DNA of 32,000 bases, taken from positions 2,760,001 to 2,792,000 of the forward strand of contig NZ_CP010904.1 of NCBI RefSeq assembly GCF_001017655.1. The letters run 5' to 3'. The notes below the pieces were generated by a model that had not been told where the DNA came from, did no database searches, and worked only from the letters and a program-made list of their open reading frames with translations. Shown here in pieces: positions 29,001 through 32,000 of this stretch (positions are counted from its first letter, which is position 1; the number at the start of each line of letters is the position of its first letter). Position numbers and translations under genes: made by a program. The DNA is from Kiritimatiella glycovorans. Lineage in GTDB: Bacteria > Verrucomicrobiota > Kiritimatiellia > Kiritimatiellales > Kiritimatiellaceae.

Positions 29001-29084
29001 GAATCAGAGTCAGAGTTAGAATCAGAATCAGAGTCAGAATCAGAGTCAGAGTCAGAGTCAGAGCCAGATTTAGAGTTAGAGTTG
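29001..29084. repeat. Hexanucleotide microsatellite, 14 units of GARTYA (GAATCA/GAGTCA/GAGTTA...)
   Basis: The units were read directly from 29001 to 29084. A 15th unit-like GAGTCG at 28995-29000 is the end of the core motif. The array lies in the purA-uppS spacer, 60 nt upstream of the uppS ATG. Confidence 0.92.
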
Positions 29085-29144
29085 GAGGGAGGCGGGTCAG
29101 CGCTCAGAGCGTCCGCACTCCCCGGCACCCGGCCTGCGGAACCC

Positions 29145-29867
29145 ATGAATACCGAGCAGAAAACACCCCGGCATGTCGCCATCATCATGGACGGCAACGG
29201 CCGCTGGGCGGCGGAGCGCAACCTGTCGCGTCTTAAAGGACACGAAGAGGGCGCGCAGTCGATCCCCGCCGTGCTGCGGGTGTGCGAGCAGCGGGGGGTC
29301 GACTACCTCACGCTCTTCGCGTTCAGCACCGAGAACTGGAATCGGCCGCGGGATGAGGTGGAGGGGTTGATGCAGCTGCTGGCGCGTTTTCTGCGCGAGC
29401 GCAAAGAGGAGCTGCACAAGCAGGAGATCCGGTTGAGGGCGATGGGCGATACGGGGGGACTGCTGGAGCCGGCGCGGAGCGAGCTGGAGCGCGTCATGGA
29501 GGCCACCTCCGGGTACGGACGCGGCCACCTCATCCTGGCCCTCAATTACGGCGGTCGGGCGGAGATCGCCCGGGCCTCGCTCCGGATCGCTGAGGAAGTG
29601 GCGGCCGCGAAGCTCAATACTTCGCAGATTGATGAAACGGAATTCGCGCGGCATCTCGACCTCCCCGACGTGCCGGACCCCGACCTGCTCATACGCACAA
29701 GCGGCGAGCTGCGCCTCAGTAATTTTATGCTCTGGCAGCTTTCGTATGCCGAGATCTATGTTACGGATACGCTGTGGCCGGACTTCAGGGAAAAAGAGTT
29801 CAGCGATGCCCTGGAGGCCTACGGCCGTCGCGAACGCAGGTACGGGCGTCGAGAGAAAACAGCTTAA
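29145..29867 (+). CDS. uppS: Isoprenyl transferase / undecaprenyl-diphosphate synthase (UppS)
   Basis: The start is at ATG 29145 (MNTEQKTPRHVAIIMDGNGRWA, the canonical cis-prenyltransferase N-terminus). Further motifs are LTLFAFSTENWNRP, IRTSGELRLSNFMLWQLSYAE and WPDF. The track ORF start at GTG 28977 would add the repeat-encoded (ES)n peptide, which I judge not real. Confidence 0.93.
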   Translation: MNTEQKTPRHVAIIMDGNGRWAAERNLSRLKGHEEGAQSIPAVLRVCEQRGVDYLTLFAFSTENWNRPRDEVEGLMQLLARFLRERKEELHKQEIRLRAMGDTGGLLEPARSELERVMEATSGYGRGHLILALNYGGRAEIARASLRIAEEVAAAKLNTSQIDETEFARHLDLPDVPDPDLLIRTSGELRLSNFMLWQLSYAEIYVTDTLWPDFREKEFSDALEAYGRRERRYGRREKTA

Positions 29868-29880
29868 GACCGGGTCTTCC

Positions 29881-30726
29881 ATGGATCACAAGCGCATCAT
29901 GATCGGGATCGGAATCGCTGCACTGCTCGTGCTGGCCTGCAGCCTCGTCCCCGCCGGCCATCCGCTCGTCGCCGTCGTGCTCATCCCCGTCGGGGCGCGG
30001 GCGCTCTTCGAGTTCAACGCCCTGCTCGCACCGCGGTCCGAGCGGGGATCCGACCGCTGGGACCTCGGCCGCGGCATGGTATTTCTGCTCGCCGCCTGGG
30101 GCGTGGAGCGCTACGGGTGGACGGAGGCGACCACGTGGGGCGCCCTGTTCTTCGTGTGCGCCACGGTGCTTATCGAGGCGCTGCTCCGCACCGATCGCGC
30201 CTCGTGGAGCCGGACGATCGGTCACCGCTTGACGGGGCAGATCTACGTGATCGTGCTCTGGAGTTTCGTACTGCGCGTGTTCGTCTCCGGCGACCCCGGA
30301 CAGGCGCTCTGGCCGGGACTGTTCCTGTTGATGATGGTCAAGGGGGCCGATGCCGGCGCCTACTTGGTGGGGTCGAGAATCGGACGCCACAAACTCTTCC
30401 CGCTGGTTTCGCCGCGCAAAAGCTGGGAAGGGGTCGGCGGTGCGGTCCTGGTGGCCTGCATCGCCGCCCTGGCCTGGAGCGTCGTGACCGGGGGGTGGAT
30501 CGGATCGATCCCGCTCCCGCTCCACCACGCGCTGATCCTCGGTCTGATCCTCCCCTCCGCCGGTGTGGCGGGAGATCTCGTCGAGTCGCGCTTCAAGCGC
30601 GAAGTCAGCGCCAAGGATTCGGCCGATGCGATTTACGGCATGGGCGGGGTGCTCGATATGGTCGACAGCCTGTTGTTTGCGGCGCCCGTCTTCTACGTGT
30701 ACATTCACTGGTTCCTCACCCCGTGA
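29881..30726 (+). CDS. cdsA: Phosphatidate cytidylyltransferase (CdsA)
   Basis: 281 aa from ATG 29881. It is polytopic. The CDP-diglyceride synthase signature region is GADAGAYLVGSRIGRHKLFPLVSPRKSWEGVGG followed by GDLVESRFKREVSAKDSA...GGVLDMVDSLLF. It sits in the conserved uppS-cdsA-rseP order. Confidence 0.9.
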   Translation: MDHKRIMIGIGIAALLVLACSLVPAGHPLVAVVLIPVGARALFEFNALLAPRSERGSDRWDLGRGMVFLLAAWGVERYGWTEATTWGALFFVCATVLIEALLRTDRASWSRTIGHRLTGQIYVIVLWSFVLRVFVSGDPGQALWPGLFLLMMVKGADAGAYLVGSRIGRHKLFPLVSPRKSWEGVGGAVLVACIAALAWSVVTGGWIGSIPLPLHHALILGLILPSAGVAGDLVESRFKREVSAKDSADAIYGMGGVLDMVDSLLFAAPVFYVYIHWFLTP

Positions 30727-30754
30727 ACAGAACTGACCTCCGGAGAACACCCTC

Positions 30755-32000
30755 ATGTGGATGCTGACCATTCTCGCGATCCTGATCCTGTTCGGCCTCA
30801 CCGTCTTCGTCCACGAACTGGGCCACTTCCTGATGGCCCGCTGGTGCGGACTGGTGGTGGAGACCTTTTCGATCGGCTTCGGCCCCGCCATCTTCAAAAC
30901 GACGCGCAAGGGAATCGTCTACAAGATCGGCGCGTTCCCGTTCGGAGGATACGTGGCGCTTCCGCAGCTCGACCCCTCCGGCATGGAAAAAGTGCAGGGC
31001 GGCGAACCCGGCGAAAAAAACCTCCCCCCGGTCTCCCCCTGGAAGAAAATTCTGGTCTCCGTCTGCGGCCCGCTGGGCAATGTCGTCTTCGCGCTGCTCC
31101 TCGCCTGGGTGATCTTCTTCGGCGCCGATACGCTCGGACAGGGCGGCGAGGGCGCCGTGGTCGGCGCAGTCGAGGAAGACAGCGCCGCCTATGAAAAAGG
31201 TCTGCGCCGCGGCGACCGGATCGTCGCCGTCGACGGAACCGAAGTGGGGAGCTGGTACGACATCAGTGTGGAAGTCCTGCTCGAGGACACACGGAACGAG
31301 GCCACGTTCACGGTTGCCGGAGGAGCGCGGGAAGAGGAGGCGCTGACGCTGCCCGTGCGCGACCCCACGGGCGGCGAAGCGGTAATCCCCGGCGTACGCC
31401 AGGCGGTGCCCTGCGTGGTGGGGGCCGTCAGCCCGAACAGCCCGGCGGAGGCGGCGGGACTGCAGCGGGGCGATGTCATCCGACGCTTCGCCGGCGAAAA
31501 AGTGGTCGACTGGATCCAGTTCACGGAGAGGGTCAGGCAACACGCGGATGAGGAGGTTCCCGTCACGCTGGAGCGTGACGGAGATACGGTGACCACGGCT
31601 GTGAAACCTGCTTACGACCCGGAACTGGAACGCGCCGTGGTCGGGATCAAGCTGGGCGGCTCTGCTGTGCCGTGGATGCGTCACCGACGTCCGGGGGCGC
31701 AGCTCCGCTACGACGCCACGGCGATCTTCCGGGTGCTCAAAGCCCTGGTCACACCCTCGGAATCGAAACAGGCGGCGAAAAGCCTCGGTGGCCCCGTCAT
31801 GATCTTCGCCATGATCTTCACCTCTCTGAAAACGGGACTGCTGAACACGCTGGGCCTGATCCGCTTTCTCAATATCAACCTGGCGGTCCTCAACCTGCTT
31901 CCATTGCCGGTGCTCGACGGGGGGCACATTATCTTTTCGCTGTGGGAAGGCCTCACCCGGCGCCCGGTTCCCGCGCGCGTGATCAACTTCCTCGTCAACC
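30755..32000 (+). CDS. rseP: RIP zinc metalloprotease RseP (site-2 protease), 3'-partial at right window edge
   Basis: Not in the ORF track because there is no stop in the window. By hand translation, ATG 30755 (GGAGA Shine-Dalgarno 8 nt upstream) opens a frame that stays open to nt 32000. Motifs: HELGHFLMARW zinc site, two PDZ-like segments (GLRRGDRIVAVDG and GLQRGDVIRRFAG) and LNINLAVLNLLPLPVLDGGH. Confidence 0.92.
   Translation, partial: MWMLTILAILILFGLTVFVHELGHFLMARWCGLVVETFSIGFGPAIFKTTRKGIVYKIGAFPFGGYVALPQLDPSGMEKVQGGEPGEKNLPPVSPWKKILVSVCGPLGNVVFALLLAWVIFFGADTLGQGGEGAVVGAVEEDSAAYEKGLRRGDRIVAVDGTEVGSWYDISVEVLLEDTRNEATFTVAGGAREEEALTLPVRDPTGGEAVIPGVRQAVPCVVGAVSPNSPAEAAGLQRGDVIRRFAGEKVVDWIQFTERVRQHADEEVPVTLERDGDTVTTAVKPAYDPELERAVVGIKLGGSAVPWMRHRRPGAQLRYDATAIFRVLKALVTPSESKQAAKSLGGPVMIFAMIFTSLKTGLLNTLGLIRFLNINLAVLNLLPLPVLDGGHIIFSLWEGLTRRPVPARVINFLVN

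Noticed and set aside
28977-29144. N-terminal (ES)n extension of UppS from GTG 28977, and the (SD)n ORF 28880..29221 on the - strand
   Set aside because: The open frames arise because the hexamer repeat lacks stops in those frames. The codons are AT-ending, unlike the genome. The canonical UppS N-terminus starts at ATG 29145. The - strand ORF is antisense to the purA and uppS ends. The repeat itself is kept as a finding.

Overview
GC-rich bacterial chromosomal window, roughly two-thirds G+C by eye. It is tightly packed with housekeeping genes in alternating strand blocks. No rRNA, tRNA or CRISPR array was found, and the taxon cannot be fixed from sequence alone. Left to right: an exported TPR protein (partial) and uvrA (-); rsmD-coaD (+); der and mtnA (-); a class II aldolase, an SDR sugar-nucleotide epimerase and a small membrane protein (+); an outer-membrane beta-barrel and rpoD (-); an intact IS30-family element (+); a three-gene ABC ATPase / ABC-2 permease / unknown membrane-anchored protein operon (-); then addB-like, addA-like, a DUF4139-like exported protein, purA, uppS, cdsA and rseP (partial) (+). 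Many neighbouring genes overlap by 4-8 nt (ATGA/GTGA), which suggests translational coupling. Two edge-running genes, the TPR protein and rseP, are missing from the ORF track and were recovered by hand translation. The least ordinary content is non-coding. A lower-GC, quasi-palindromic ~340-bp repeat locus lies between rpoD and the ABC operon. It is made of 58-bp tandem units of CCTGARA heptads closed by ~55-bp inverted arms. Its ~26-nt core carries TGA in all three frames, recurs directly at the purA stop codon, and supplies the stop codon of two genes. The IS30 element sits inside one repeat unit with a 21-bp target duplication, 134 nt upstream of rpoD. A 14-unit hexanucleotide microsatellite grows out of the second core copy upstream of uppS. 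Among proteins, the points worth follow-up are a ~70-aa Lys/Ser-rich tail on RpoD, the uncharacterised ABC-associated trio, and an exported DUF4139-like protein that appears co-operonic with the AddAB-type helicase-nuclease. I see no clear known defence or biosynthetic system. The many very long antisense ORFs are GC-composition artefacts.
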